From an uncultured Candidatus Saccharibacteria bacterium (lineage in GTDB: Bacteria; Patescibacteriota; Saccharimonadia; Saccharimonadales; CAIOMD01): a DNA stretch of 64,000 nt. A model generated the notes under the pieces. That model was not told the origin of the DNA. It made no database searches and worked only from the letters and a program-made list of their open reading frames with translations. Of the stretch, positions 9,053-17,640 are shown piece after piece; positions within the stretch are counted from its first letter, which is position 1, and every line of letters begins with the position of its first letter. The translations under genes were made by a program, and so were the position numbers. The DNA lies in assembly GCA_903859365.1 (NCBI GenBank), contig CAIOMD010000011.1:17467-81466 (forward strand), in the 5' to 3' direction.

Positions 9053-11818
9053 TTACGGTTGTATTATTGTAGGTTTTCCGGTTGCGGGGTCACTGTCTAT
9101 CCGTGCCGTTGGGCTCGTTCGTAGTTTAACTAAATTAAGAGGAGAACCTGTAATTGCTTCTATCTGATTTTGCAAATTAGCAAGATCTGCTTCCGACACG
9201 TCTCCATTGCGTGCGATTCGAGTAAGATTACCCATTGCCTGCCCTTGTTCTGAAGGAGACGAGCTTTGTAGCTGTCCTATTAATACGCTCGAGACATCAT
9301 TTCGCGACGTTCCTCCGATGGTTGCAAAATTATTAACCGCTGTCTGAAAAGCAGGAGAAGCTGCGCTTGAAATACGTCCATCCCCATCTCCTCTAGCAAA
9401 ACCAGGTGCATATTTATCGAGCACCGAAAAAGCTTCAGAATTGGTAGATGCTAGATTATTGAGCGATCCCTCATTTTTGGCTTCGTATGCATAAAGAGCA
9501 TCTTGTTCTTTATTTTGGGCGGCATCGAGGGAAGTTGCCTGCTGTAAACGTCGGCTTGCCACAACTTTTTTACCATTCGCCAATGTAACCGTAGACCCCT
9601 CCGCAGCATCGAGAATTGCCATTCTCGATGCTTTCTGCTCAGCATAGTTACCAGTACCTTTAATAAGGTTTTCAGCTTCTAGTTGGGAGTTGGCAAAGTC
9701 TTTTCTTTTTTGTTCAGCCGTCACTTTGTTTTTGAAATCTCCCGTAGCTCCATACATACCTGTACTAAAGCTCCCCCTCATTCTCTTGAATCTACTATTT
9801 GGGTCTGTAGCATTTCGATACGCCTTCTCTTCTTTGCCTTCTTGCCTTCTGCCGGCTGCTTTACCAAGACTTTTGCTGACAGGATTCTTCTCTTTAACCA
9901 TGCCACTAAGTTTATTCACTCCACCACTTGCTGCAGCCATTGCCGATCCTGCATATTTAAAGGTTGCCGGTATAAGGAATAGCGGGCCAAAATAAGCTAC
10001 TATTGCTGCAATTGCTGAGAAAGTTCCTCCTCCAGGAAGAACTTCGTTTGACATAACTGTTGCGCCTATAATTCCAGCACTAAATAGCAGCATTATTATT
10101 GGAAACATAAATGCTAATTTGCTAAAGTTGCTCCACCAATTTTTCCAAATTGATTGAGTCCCAGGGAGCACCCAAGCAATAAGTGCTATGGGCGAAACAA
10201 CGAGCAAAAGTAGAAGCAGAGCGATTCGAACGATTAACGTAAAGATTATCGTTATAATGCTTATTAGTACACCGATTGCTAGTATTGCAAGCCCTACTGC
10301 ACCCCCTGCGGCTAGAGCAGCTGATCCCGCGATGGTTGCAAAAATAAGACTAAAGCTTCCAGAAGCTCCAAGGCCACCCGTTTGGCTTCCGTTGGTTAAA
10401 ATTTGATTTATAGAAAGAGAAGAAAAAGTCGCCGTTTGGCTGAAGGGTGTTACGAGTAGCTCTTGAACCCCCGTGCCAAGGGCGTTGACTAATATTAGGA
10501 AGTTAGTAAATATTAACCAAGAGAACTGAATCAATATTGCTGAAATTATTAGTCTCGGCAAAATTTTCTTTACTGTGTAGGCACTCATAAACTCAAATCC
10601 AAACACTTGACTTAATATCATAAATAGTCCAATTAGTAGAATTAGAACTGATGAAAGATCTTTAACCGAGCTCCACGCCTTATAGAGACAGCCACTGGCA
10701 GGGCAATCCGTACTAAAATTTGATTGGTTTACGAACAAAATTGAAGATATAACTTGTTGAAACCAGCCGAGCATCTGATCGGCTAGCGAAAGAAGTGAGC
10801 ACATAATCCAGCCCACGAGAAAAATATGGATAAAACATTGATCGTATGGTGAGGTTGTGGCCTGATCAGCGGTGCCGGCCTGAGGTCCAGTATCCCCATC
10901 TTGTCTTAATATAGGAGCTGCAGCATTTGCGAGATTAGCGTTTTGATCCATCCGATGAGCTAATTCTCCACAATTTGCTTGTCCGCCATTATTTGTAGGG
11001 ACACCAAAAATCACATTTACTATTGTATGGTAGTCTTTTGTGCTGGAATAGATGTTCTCCCCCACCGTACCATCACTACCCACGGCGTAGGCCTTGTAAT
11101 ACCATGGGGTTACGGTGCCGTCAGTATTTCCTCCCATTTCTGTATTTGCAATGCCCTTGATAGCTTCATTTGGACTTTTTTCAAGTTGCATTTCGCAACC
11201 ATCGCTCGCAAAGAAAGCCTGGGAGTATGCATAATATGTAATTGCGTCCTTTGGCTTAAAGTTATTAAATCCAGTACTGGCGATATTATCAAAGAGAGCC
11301 GGGTTTTTTTGTCTTAAAAGACTGACCAAATTATTAAAGATTTCAACATTACTCTTAGTAGTGATGCACGTACCACTTCCGTCGTTGCAGACATAGCCAA
11401 TAGCTTTAAAAAAATTTATTTCATTATTGTCACCGATTGCAGGCATCCAGATACTTGGCAGTGTATTTTGCCAGAATTGATCACAGGTCCATGTCTGACT
11501 AGATGATGTAAAGGATTGACCACTAGGAAACGTCGGCGGCGGGCTCGCGCGCCCGTCAGAAAAAAATTGATAGAGGGTATTACTATTAATATTTGCGTAA
11601 CTTAATGTTGGAGAAAATGAACAGGTTGTGGCGTCTGTAGCCGTACCATTCTGTCCGGACATAGTATAGAGGGTTGTAAAATTTTCCACCTGCTGCTTGA
11701 GAGTTGCTGAATTAGCCGCTTTCGCGACACTATTTAAATTCAGTGTAGATACAACTACTGAGGAAATAAATAAAAGAAGAAACGGTATGAATCGTAATTT
11801 TATTTTATTTTTTTTCAC
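9053..11818 (-). CDS. Extended VirB6/TrbL-like polytopic membrane protein
   Basis: Signal peptide and a Cys-containing extracellular N-domain. The multi-TM core contains KKILPRLIISAILIQFSW and VSPIALIAWVLPGTQSIWKNWW. Charged cytoplasmic tail. Confidence 0.8.
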   Translation of the reverse strand: MKKNKIKLRFIPFLLLFISSVVVSTLNLNSVAKAANSATLKQQVENFTTLYTMSGQNGTATDATTCSFSPTLSYANINSNTLYQFFSDGRASPPPTFPSGQSFTSSSQTWTCDQFWQNTLPSIWMPAIGDNNEINFFKAIGYVCNDGSGTCITTKSNVEIFNNLVSLLRQKNPALFDNIASTGFNNFKPKDAITYYAYSQAFFASDGCEMQLEKSPNEAIKGIANTEMGGNTDGTVTPWYYKAYAVGSDGTVGENIYSSTKDYHTIVNVIFGVPTNNGGQANCGELAHRMDQNANLANAAAPILRQDGDTGPQAGTADQATTSPYDQCFIHIFLVGWIMCSLLSLADQMLGWFQQVISSILFVNQSNFSTDCPASGCLYKAWSSVKDLSSVLILLIGLFMILSQVFGFEFMSAYTVKKILPRLIISAILIQFSWLIFTNFLILVNALGTGVQELLVTPFSQTATFSSLSINQILTNGSQTGGLGASGSFSLIFATIAGSAALAAGGAVGLAILAIGVLISIITIIFTLIVRIALLLLLLVVSPIALIAWVLPGTQSIWKNWWSNFSKLAFMFPIIMLLFSAGIIGATVMSNEVLPGGGTFSAIAAIVAYFGPLFLIPATFKYAGSAMAAASGGVNKLSGMVKEKNPVSKSLGKAAGRRQEGKEEKAYRNATDPNSRFKRMRGSFSTGMYGATGDFKNKVTAEQKRKDFANSQLEAENLIKGTGNYAEQKASRMAILDAAEGSTVTLANGKKVVASRRLQQATSLDAAQNKEQDALYAYEAKNEGSLNNLASTNSEAFSVLDKYAPGFARGDGDGRISSAASPAFQTAVNNFATIGGTSRNDVSSVLIGQLQSSSPSEQGQAMGNLTRIARNGDVSEADLANLQNQIEAITGSPLNLVKLRTSPTARIDSDPATGKPTIIQP

Positions 11819-11928
11819 TATAATTAATTAATTCGCTTTCTTATTTATAAGCATAAACGAAAATTAAAATAATGTAAAAAATAAGTATAGATTTACTTAA
11901 GTTCAAATGCGCTATAAAATAATCTCAG

Positions 11929-12354
11929 ATGCAAAATATTCGAAACACGGGAATCTACTTCATTACTGCTCTATTAAGTGTTGTGGTGCTTTTTGCATTT
12001 CTCGGATCTCCTGTCCGTGCCGCTGATCCTATCCCAGAACCACCCGGTTATACGTGTACCGGCAGGGGGCTAAATATTCCTACTTGCACAGGAAATGGTC
12101 AATACACTGGTCTTACTTCAGGAAATCCCATCGTTCTTTGGATTATATTCTTTATAAATGTAATTAGTGCCTTGATCGGATTTGGCGCAGTCCTAATGAT
12201 CGTGGTAGCGGGAATTCAATATTCTGCTGCCGGGGATAATGCTCAATCAATCCAATCCGCCAAGAAAAAAATAACCAACGTACTGATTGGATTAGCTGCC
12301 TACATTGCTTTTTATTCTATTTTGAACTGGCTAGTGCCCGGCGGAGTATTATAA
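11929..12354 (+). CDS. VirB2/TrbC-like T4SS pilin 1
   Basis: Signal peptide (VRA|A), Cys pair, then TM-AGIQYSAAGDNAQSIQSAKKKITNVLIGL-TM hairpin. Confidence 0.85.
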   Translation: MQNIRNTGIYFITALLSVVVLFAFLGSPVRAADPIPEPPGYTCTGRGLNIPTCTGNGQYTGLTSGNPIVLWIIFFINVISALIGFGAVLMIVVAGIQYSAAGDNAQSIQSAKKKITNVLIGLAAYIAFYSILNWLVPGGVL

Positions 12355-12809
12355 TGTTTCTTACGAAGAGAATAAAATATTTTTTTATTTCATTTAGCTT
12401 GTCAGCCTCAATGGTAATCCTTGTTTCCACGTTATCCAGTACAGTACTTGCAGCAGACGCATCAGCAAATTGCACAAACACGACCACATTCTTAGGCATA
12501 CCATCTTGGTATGAATATTTGAACGTTCAACCTGATCCTAGCACTCATGTTTGTCAGACTACAGCGCCAAATGGTGGTAACCCTATCCCCTTCGTCGGCT
12601 TGGCCGTTATAGATATTTTGCTTAGAGTCGCAGCTTTAGTAGCCCTTATTTTTGTAGTATATGGGGGATTTAGGTTTGCAACTGCTCAAGGTTCGCCAGA
12701 TGCTATATCGAAGGGTAAGAAAACCGTGGTCAATGCCCTTGTCGGACTTGTCATAGCCGTACTAGCTTCACAAATAGTAAAATTTGCAGCATACTTATTA
12801 TCGAAATAG
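12354..12809 (+). CDS. VirB2/TrbC-like T4SS pilin 2
   Basis: Signal peptide (VLA|A), Cys pair, GGFRFATAQGSPDAISKGKKTVVNALVGL. Confidence 0.85.
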   Translation: MFLTKRIKYFFISFSLSASMVILVSTLSSTVLAADASANCTNTTTFLGIPSWYEYLNVQPDPSTHVCQTTAPNGGNPIPFVGLAVIDILLRVAALVALIFVVYGGFRFATAQGSPDAISKGKKTVVNALVGLVIAVLASQIVKFAAYLLSK

Positions 12810-12818
12810 CAGTAATAT

Positions 12819-13124
12819 ATGACATCAATTTTAACAGCCATTAATAACTTCGCCAGCGGAATCATCGAATCTGATCAGGTAGATATCCCGAAAGGGAATC
12901 TTTCTGGAAATGGAAAAATAACAGAACTTCTAAACTATTCTTTCGGTGTGCTAGCGGCTATTTGTTTTCTCGTTATTGTAATAGCTGGCGTTCAGTTTGT
13001 TCTTTCTTCTGGGGAGCCTCAAAAAATTAATACAGCCAGAAGTGCAATTATTTACGCAGCAGTAGGGTTAGCGATCTCTCTCAGCGCAATACTTATCGTA
13101 AGTTTTGTTCTAGGTAACGTCTGA
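12819..13124 (+). CDS. VirB2/TrbC-like T4SS pilin 3 (short, no obvious signal peptide or head Cys pair)
   Basis: AGVQFVLSSGEPQKINTARSAIIYAAVGL between two TM segments. Confidence 0.82.
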   Translation: MTSILTAINNFASGIIESDQVDIPKGNLSGNGKITELLNYSFGVLAAICFLVIVIAGVQFVLSSGEPQKINTARSAIIYAAVGLAISLSAILIVSFVLGNV

Positions 13125-13522
13125 TGAATAAAATGAAATCATTGCTAACAGTTTTATCAATACTCTCCTTGAGTTTGGCTTTCATTCCAATTAGTAGTGC
13201 GCGTGCATCATATGATCCAACCGAACAAGTCTGCGAAGGTGCGGGAAATGAAACTACGGGACCAGTTTGTGGTGCAGTTGATGAAGATCCAGTTTCTGGG
13301 TCAAACGGCGTAATAAACACGGTAGCAAATATAATTGCTTGGGCCGGTGGTGTGATTGCTGTCATCATGATTATTTTTTCTGGATTTCGTTTCGTAACAT
13401 CAGGTGGCGACAGTGGAAAAGTAGCCTCAGCACGCAATACCATTATCTACTCATCCATAGGCCTCATCGTTATTGTTATTGCAAGAATAATTGTCAGTTT
13501 CGTAATAGGTAATTTAAAATAG
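13124..13522 (+). CDS. VirB2/TrbC-like T4SS pilin 4
   Basis: Signal peptide (ARA|S), Cys pair, SGFRFVTSGGDSGKVASARNTIIYSSIGL. Confidence 0.88.
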   Translation: MNKMKSLLTVLSILSLSLAFIPISSARASYDPTEQVCEGAGNETTGPVCGAVDEDPVSGSNGVINTVANIIAWAGGVIAVIMIIFSGFRFVTSGGDSGKVASARNTIIYSSIGLIVIVIARIIVSFVIGNLK

Positions 13523-13529
13523 GATATAT

Positions 13530-13895
13530 ATGAAAAAATTATTAATAGCTTTATTTTTTGCAGTCGGACTAATATTTAGTATTCATTCACCCGTTCGAGC
13601 AGACAATACTTCAACTGAAGCTGCATGCCAGGGCTTACCGGGCGGATGTAGCACAGACCCTGGAACAACCGTCCAGAATAACGTCAACTTTGTTATTACA
13701 TTATTCTCCTGGATCGTTGGTATCGCCTCGGTCTTCATGATTATTTTCGGAGGATTTAGATTTGTAACGTCTGGGGGAGATTCAGGAAAAGTAAGTTCTT
13801 CGCGAAATACAGTGCTCTATGCAGTCATAGGCCTTATGGTTGTTGCAGTTGCACAAATTATTGTGCATTTTGTGCTCACCAAGGCTAGTCAGTAA
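13530..13895 (+). CDS. VirB2/TrbC-like T4SS pilin 5
   Basis: Signal peptide (VRA|D), Cys pair, GGFRFVTSGGDSGKVSSSRNTVLYAVIGL. Confidence 0.88.
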   Translation: MKKLLIALFFAVGLIFSIHSPVRADNTSTEAACQGLPGGCSTDPGTTVQNNVNFVITLFSWIVGIASVFMIIFGGFRFVTSGGDSGKVSSSRNTVLYAVIGLMVVAVAQIIVHFVLTKASQ

Positions 13896-13969
13896 AAAAA
13901 TCTATTGCCCTAGACGCCGTCAAATGTTATAAATTGTATATTAACCATTAACAGCAAAGAGAAAAGACA

Positions 13970-14383
13970 ATGAACAGAATTAAACTCTTATTAACAGTAA
14001 TGTACGCCCTCGCTCTTACGGTAGTACCAGGCGCAATGATGCTCACTGCTTCTCCGGCATTCGCCCAAAACAGCGAAATCCAAGAAAGTCTTTGTAGTGG
14101 AGCAAATCTTGAAGCACCAGGTTCGACTACTCCTTGTGAAACAGATAACGGAACTGGAGTTAATGGCATAGTTAACACAGTTATAACAGTCTTCTCATGG
14201 GTAGTCGGTGTCGTCTCAGTTATAATGATTATCGTCGGAGGATTTAAATATGTTACATCCGGTGGCGAGTCTAGTGGAGTAACGAGCGCGAAGAACACGA
14301 TTCTTTATGCAATCGTAGGTCTTATTATTGTTGCCGTAGCGCAAATTGTAGTTAAGTTTGTTCTATCAAACGTAAATAAATAA
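13970..14383 (+). CDS. VirB2/TrbC-like T4SS pilin 6
   Basis: Signal peptide (AFA|Q), Cys pair, GGFKYVTSGGESSGVTSAKNTILYAIVGL. Confidence 0.88.
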   Translation: MNRIKLLLTVMYALALTVVPGAMMLTASPAFAQNSEIQESLCSGANLEAPGSTTPCETDNGTGVNGIVNTVITVFSWVVGVVSVIMIIVGGFKYVTSGGESSGVTSAKNTILYAIVGLIIVAVAQIVVKFVLSNVNK

Positions 14384-14395
14384 AATTAGTTTAAC

Positions 14396-14425
14396 AAAAA
14401 AAAGACCCCTACTGGGGTCTTTTTT
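14396..14425. terminator. Bidirectional intrinsic terminator between the pilin array and hsp20
   Basis: A-run, AGACCCC-tact-GGGGTCT hairpin and T-run, lying between convergent genes. Confidence 0.85.
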
Positions 14426-14441
14426 AATTGTTTTATTTTTA

Positions 14442-14909
14442 CTAAAGAACCTGAATCTTCTTCACTGTATCTTGTTTTACCTTAGTGAAACTTACGGTAA
14501 GAACTCCGTCTTTAAGAACTGCTTCAATCTCATCTTCTTTAACTGGAATTGGTAGAACGAGACTTCGTGAGAATTCTCCCCAATAGCATTCCTGTAGATG
14601 ATAATTTTCTACATCTTCCTCGTATCCTGCATTTAAAGAACCACGAATAGAAAGTGTATTATCTGAGATACTGACATCTAGCTCGTTTTTGTTAACGCCA
14701 GCTGTTCTTGCCTTTACGACAAGCTTGTCTTTTGTTTCGTATACATCTACAGCGAGTTGACCAGGTACGGCTTCTTCTTCGTCCCATTCGTCTTCTTGTT
14801 GCATTGGTTGCTGTACTTGTTGATGTTGAACTATCTCTTCTTCACCTAAAAAGGCTGCCGTTAATTCATCTTCCATTAGTAGATCGTCGTCCGTTGTTCG
14901 TCGCGCCAT
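14442..14909 (-). CDS. Small heat shock protein (Hsp20/alpha-crystallin)
   Basis: VDVYET, AGVNKNELDV, ECYWGEFSRSLVLP, AVLKDGVLTV. Start moved to ATG 14909, which has a GGAGG SD upstream. Confidence 0.92.
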   Translation of the reverse strand: MARRTTDDDLLMEDELTAAFLGEEEIVQHQQVQQPMQQEDEWDEEEAVPGQLAVDVYETKDKLVVKARTAGVNKNELDVSISDNTLSIRGSLNAGYEEDVENYHLQECYWGEFSRSLVLPIPVKEDEIEAVLKDGVLTVSFTKVKQDTVKKIQVL

Positions 14910-15046
14910 GTCGTGATACCCTCCACGCTTTAAAGTTAACAAATTTGCGTTTCTGTATTTACATAAAGTATATAGCTGTTTTATAGAGGTTGCAAGAAAG
15001 CCTCCCTAGATTTACAACATAATTTATACAACAGAGCAGTAAAATT

Positions 15047-15075
15047 AAAAAAACCAGAGTAACTCTGGTTTCTTT
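15047..15075 (-). terminator. Intrinsic terminator downstream of the tRNA-Ser pair
   Basis: AAACCAGAG-taa-CTCTGGTTT hairpin followed by a T-run on the minus strand. Confidence 0.75.
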
Positions 15076-15078
15076 AAT

Positions 15079-15171
15079 TGGCGGAGGAGGAGGGATTCGA
15101 ACCCTCGCGGGAGATTGCTCCCCCCTAACGATTTAGCAAACCGTCCCCTTCAGCCACTTGGGTACCCCTCC
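15079..15171 (-). tRNA. tRNA-Ser(GCT)
   Basis: Reverse complement GGAGGGG...ACGGT-TT-GCT-AA-ATCGT..., long variable arm, GGTTCGAATCC, encoded CCA. Confidence 0.95.
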
Positions 15172-15195
15172 GCATCACTAATAAACAGCTAAAAT

Positions 15196-15285
<90 letters not shown>

Positions 15286-15383
15286 AAAGCCAATTTACTG
15301 ATATCAGCCACAATATTGTACATTCTTATCTGTTATAGAGCAATAACGTTCTCATAATCCTTATGCTGTTATACAATAAGGCT

Positions 15384-15947
15384 GTGAATAATGATTTTAC
15401 AAGACCTAACCCTAGTACTACCCAAGAGCCATTTGAGTACAGCTCAGGACAGCTATCTACGCCGAGTCAGCCCCAGGTATCCGCACCGAAAGAAGAAGTA
15501 AGATGGATGGCGTCAGAATTTATATCTCATGAAAAAAGCAGCTCATGGTATGTCACTTTGGCGCTTATAACTGTCGTTTTCTGCGGACTCGTGTACCTAT
15601 TTACCCGTCAATACGTATCAATCGGCGTCATCGTAGTTTTAGCTATTGCTTTTGGTGTTTATGCTAACATCAAGCCTAAAACATTAGAATTTTTAGTTGA
15701 TAGTAGCGGCGTCACAGTAGATAAGAAGCATTTTAATTACGAAGCATTTAAGAATATTGAAATTATTGAAGGCGGTGTGGTGCCGAGCGTAAATCTTATT
15801 CCAGTAAAAAGATTTGCGGTTCCAGTCACCCTTTATTTTTTACCTCAGCAAAAAGAGCAGATTCTTGAAATATTGGGAGAGTTCTTGCCTTCGGAAACTA
15901 AAAGACTTGAAGCTATCGATAGACTTGTTGCTAGACTAAGATTCTAA
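15384..15947 (+). CDS. Conserved-looking two-TM membrane protein with C-terminal PH-like domain, function unknown
   Basis: WMASEFISHEKSSSWY, two TM helices, then a beta domain. GTG 15384 chosen because it lies 6 nt after TACAAT; the ORF track starts at 15363. Confidence 0.7.
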   Translation: MNNDFTRPNPSTTQEPFEYSSGQLSTPSQPQVSAPKEEVRWMASEFISHEKSSSWYVTLALITVVFCGLVYLFTRQYVSIGVIVVLAIAFGVYANIKPKTLEFLVDSSGVTVDKKHFNYEAFKNIEIIEGGVVPSVNLIPVKRFAVPVTLYFLPQQKEQILEILGEFLPSETKRLEAIDRLVARLRF

Positions 15948-15991
15948 CCTCTAGAAAAAAGGGCTCTCATCTGTTATAGTGATGAAGCTTT

Positions 15992-16068
15992 GCACCCGTA
16001 GCTCAGCTGGATAGAGCGTTGGCTTGCGGAGCCAAAGGTCGTAGGTTCGAATCCTGTCGGGTGCACCA
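15992..16068 (+). tRNA. tRNA-Arg(GCG)
   Basis: GCACCCG acceptor stem pairs with CGGGTGC. Anticodon arm TTGGC-TT-GCG-GA-GCCAA; GGTTCGAATCC; CCA. Confidence 0.95.
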
Positions 16069-16131
16069 ATTCATTTCCTTGCTTTTTTATAATGGTTTCG
16101 CAAAGCGGTTTACCGACCTATATACTGTTAG

Positions 16132-17640
16132 ATGATGATTAAGCAAATAAAAAAAACCTTAAGGTTGCCTGGAATTATGTTTTCTGCAATCTCAGGTTTT
16201 ATTTTTTTACTGACTCAATCAACAAGCACCAGTCCGCTTTATTTATGGAGTTACGTCGATAGCACTATTTTTCGGTTAATGGGTCTTACCTTAGTGAGGG
16301 GCGGAAAGTTCTATGTCACGACAATCGACTCAAAGGGCCCAGTTTTATTTTTTATAGAAGCGCTCGGTGCTTGGATATCTAGCGGTAAGATTGGCATTTT
16401 TATTATTCAATATATTTTCTTGCTCGTCACGCTCATATCCGTGTTATTAATCGCTAAGCAACTTGTAGCAAATAAATATATATGGATATTTCCCCTGCTT
16501 TACCTCTGCTTCTATGGGTTTGCTTTTGAGGGTGGAAACTTGTCGGAAGAGTTCAGTCTTTCGTTTATATTTCTAGGTATCTATTTAGTGCTCTATCTTT
16601 TTAAGAATGGAAGTTTAGGCTCGATAAAAACCAAAATTTCATTTAAAACCGAGAATCTTTTACTTTTTTCTCTTGGATCCCTGGCAGCCCTCACCTTTTT
16701 TATTAGAGCAAATAATGCCGCCGCTATTATCGCCGCGATTCTCGCTTTGACGTATTTTATGCTCAAGAGGCTCCCCGCTAAACAATTTTTTACTTTTTTC
16801 TCATCAATCATTGCTGGCTTTCTTCTTGTAACGTCTATTTTGGCGGGATATTTCATTATAAATCACTCTTATTCAGATATGATTTATGGAACTTTTTTGT
16901 TTAATTACAGATATTCAATCAATCACTCAAGGGATTTTTCCAATACTTTTCTTACTTCCTTTTCTGCTGCAGCAATCGTTGTATGCATCCTCTCTCTGAC
17001 AACTGCTTTTTTGTATTATCATAGTAAAAGGGATGCAAAAGTTCCATTATTGCTAGTATTGGTTGGAGTTTTTTCAACCCTGACATTGTACATATCGGGG
17101 CATAATTGGTTACATTATTTACAGCTGCTGATGCCACCTTTCATTATTAGTCTCATGATGCTGTGTGTAGCTCTTGATGATACCCTGAAGCAAGTGTCGG
17201 AAAGAAAAATATATAGTAGACTCGGCCATATAGGACTTTTTATTTTCCTTCTTATGGATTTTTCAGTGGTTTATGGGTATCGGCATGAAAGAAAAGCTAA
17301 TGAAATAAACATCCGAGATTCAATTCAGATTATTAATGAAATTCCTGTAAATCAAAGAAATAGTGTTTACGGATATGGAATAAATCCTTTGCCCTTTACT
17401 GAAACTTCCGTTTTGCCGTCAAAAAGATTGACCGCCCTGCAAGATTGGATGATACAGCAGGACCCTTTTCTTAAAAATGAAGTCTATAGCTATTTTCAGA
17501 TCAACCCACCAAAATGGCTAATTCTATCTCCCCAGTATCCCCCCGAAGACGCATTCATCTCGAAGTTTGTTTCAAGCAACTACCGCCAGGTGTATTCGAA
17601 TACTAACTACACGCTCTATGAACTCACTATTAGTGAATGA
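16132..17640 (+). CDS. Polytopic GT-C-fold (ArnT/PMT-like) glycosyltransferase, probable
   Basis: Many TM segments with VDSTIF, YVTTIDSKGPVLF, GGNLSEEF and HYLQLLMP, plus a C-terminal extracellular domain. Confidence 0.7.
   Translation: MMIKQIKKTLRLPGIMFSAISGFIFLLTQSTSTSPLYLWSYVDSTIFRLMGLTLVRGGKFYVTTIDSKGPVLFFIEALGAWISSGKIGIFIIQYIFLLVTLISVLLIAKQLVANKYIWIFPLLYLCFYGFAFEGGNLSEEFSLSFIFLGIYLVLYLFKNGSLGSIKTKISFKTENLLLFSLGSLAALTFFIRANNAAAIIAAILALTYFMLKRLPAKQFFTFFSSIIAGFLLVTSILAGYFIINHSYSDMIYGTFLFNYRYSINHSRDFSNTFLTSFSAAAIVVCILSLTTAFLYYHSKRDAKVPLLLVLVGVFSTLTLYISGHNWLHYLQLLMPPFIISLMMLCVALDDTLKQVSERKIYSRLGHIGLFIFLLMDFSVVYGYRHERKANEINIRDSIQIINEIPVNQRNSVYGYGINPLPFTETSVLPSKRLTALQDWMIQQDPFLKNEVYSYFQINPPKWLILSPQYPPEDAFISKFVSSNYRQVYSNTNYTLYELTISE

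Noticed and set aside
11808..11815. Poly-A tract at the 5' end of the VirB6-like gene as a phase-variation switch
   Set aside because: Only 8 nt long and explained by Lys codons in a signal-peptide n-region of an AT-rich genome.
821..14383. Calling the T4SS locus an ICE or other mobile element
   Set aside because: No integrase, relaxase, oriT-like structure or flanking direct repeats seen; it is embedded among housekeeping genes.
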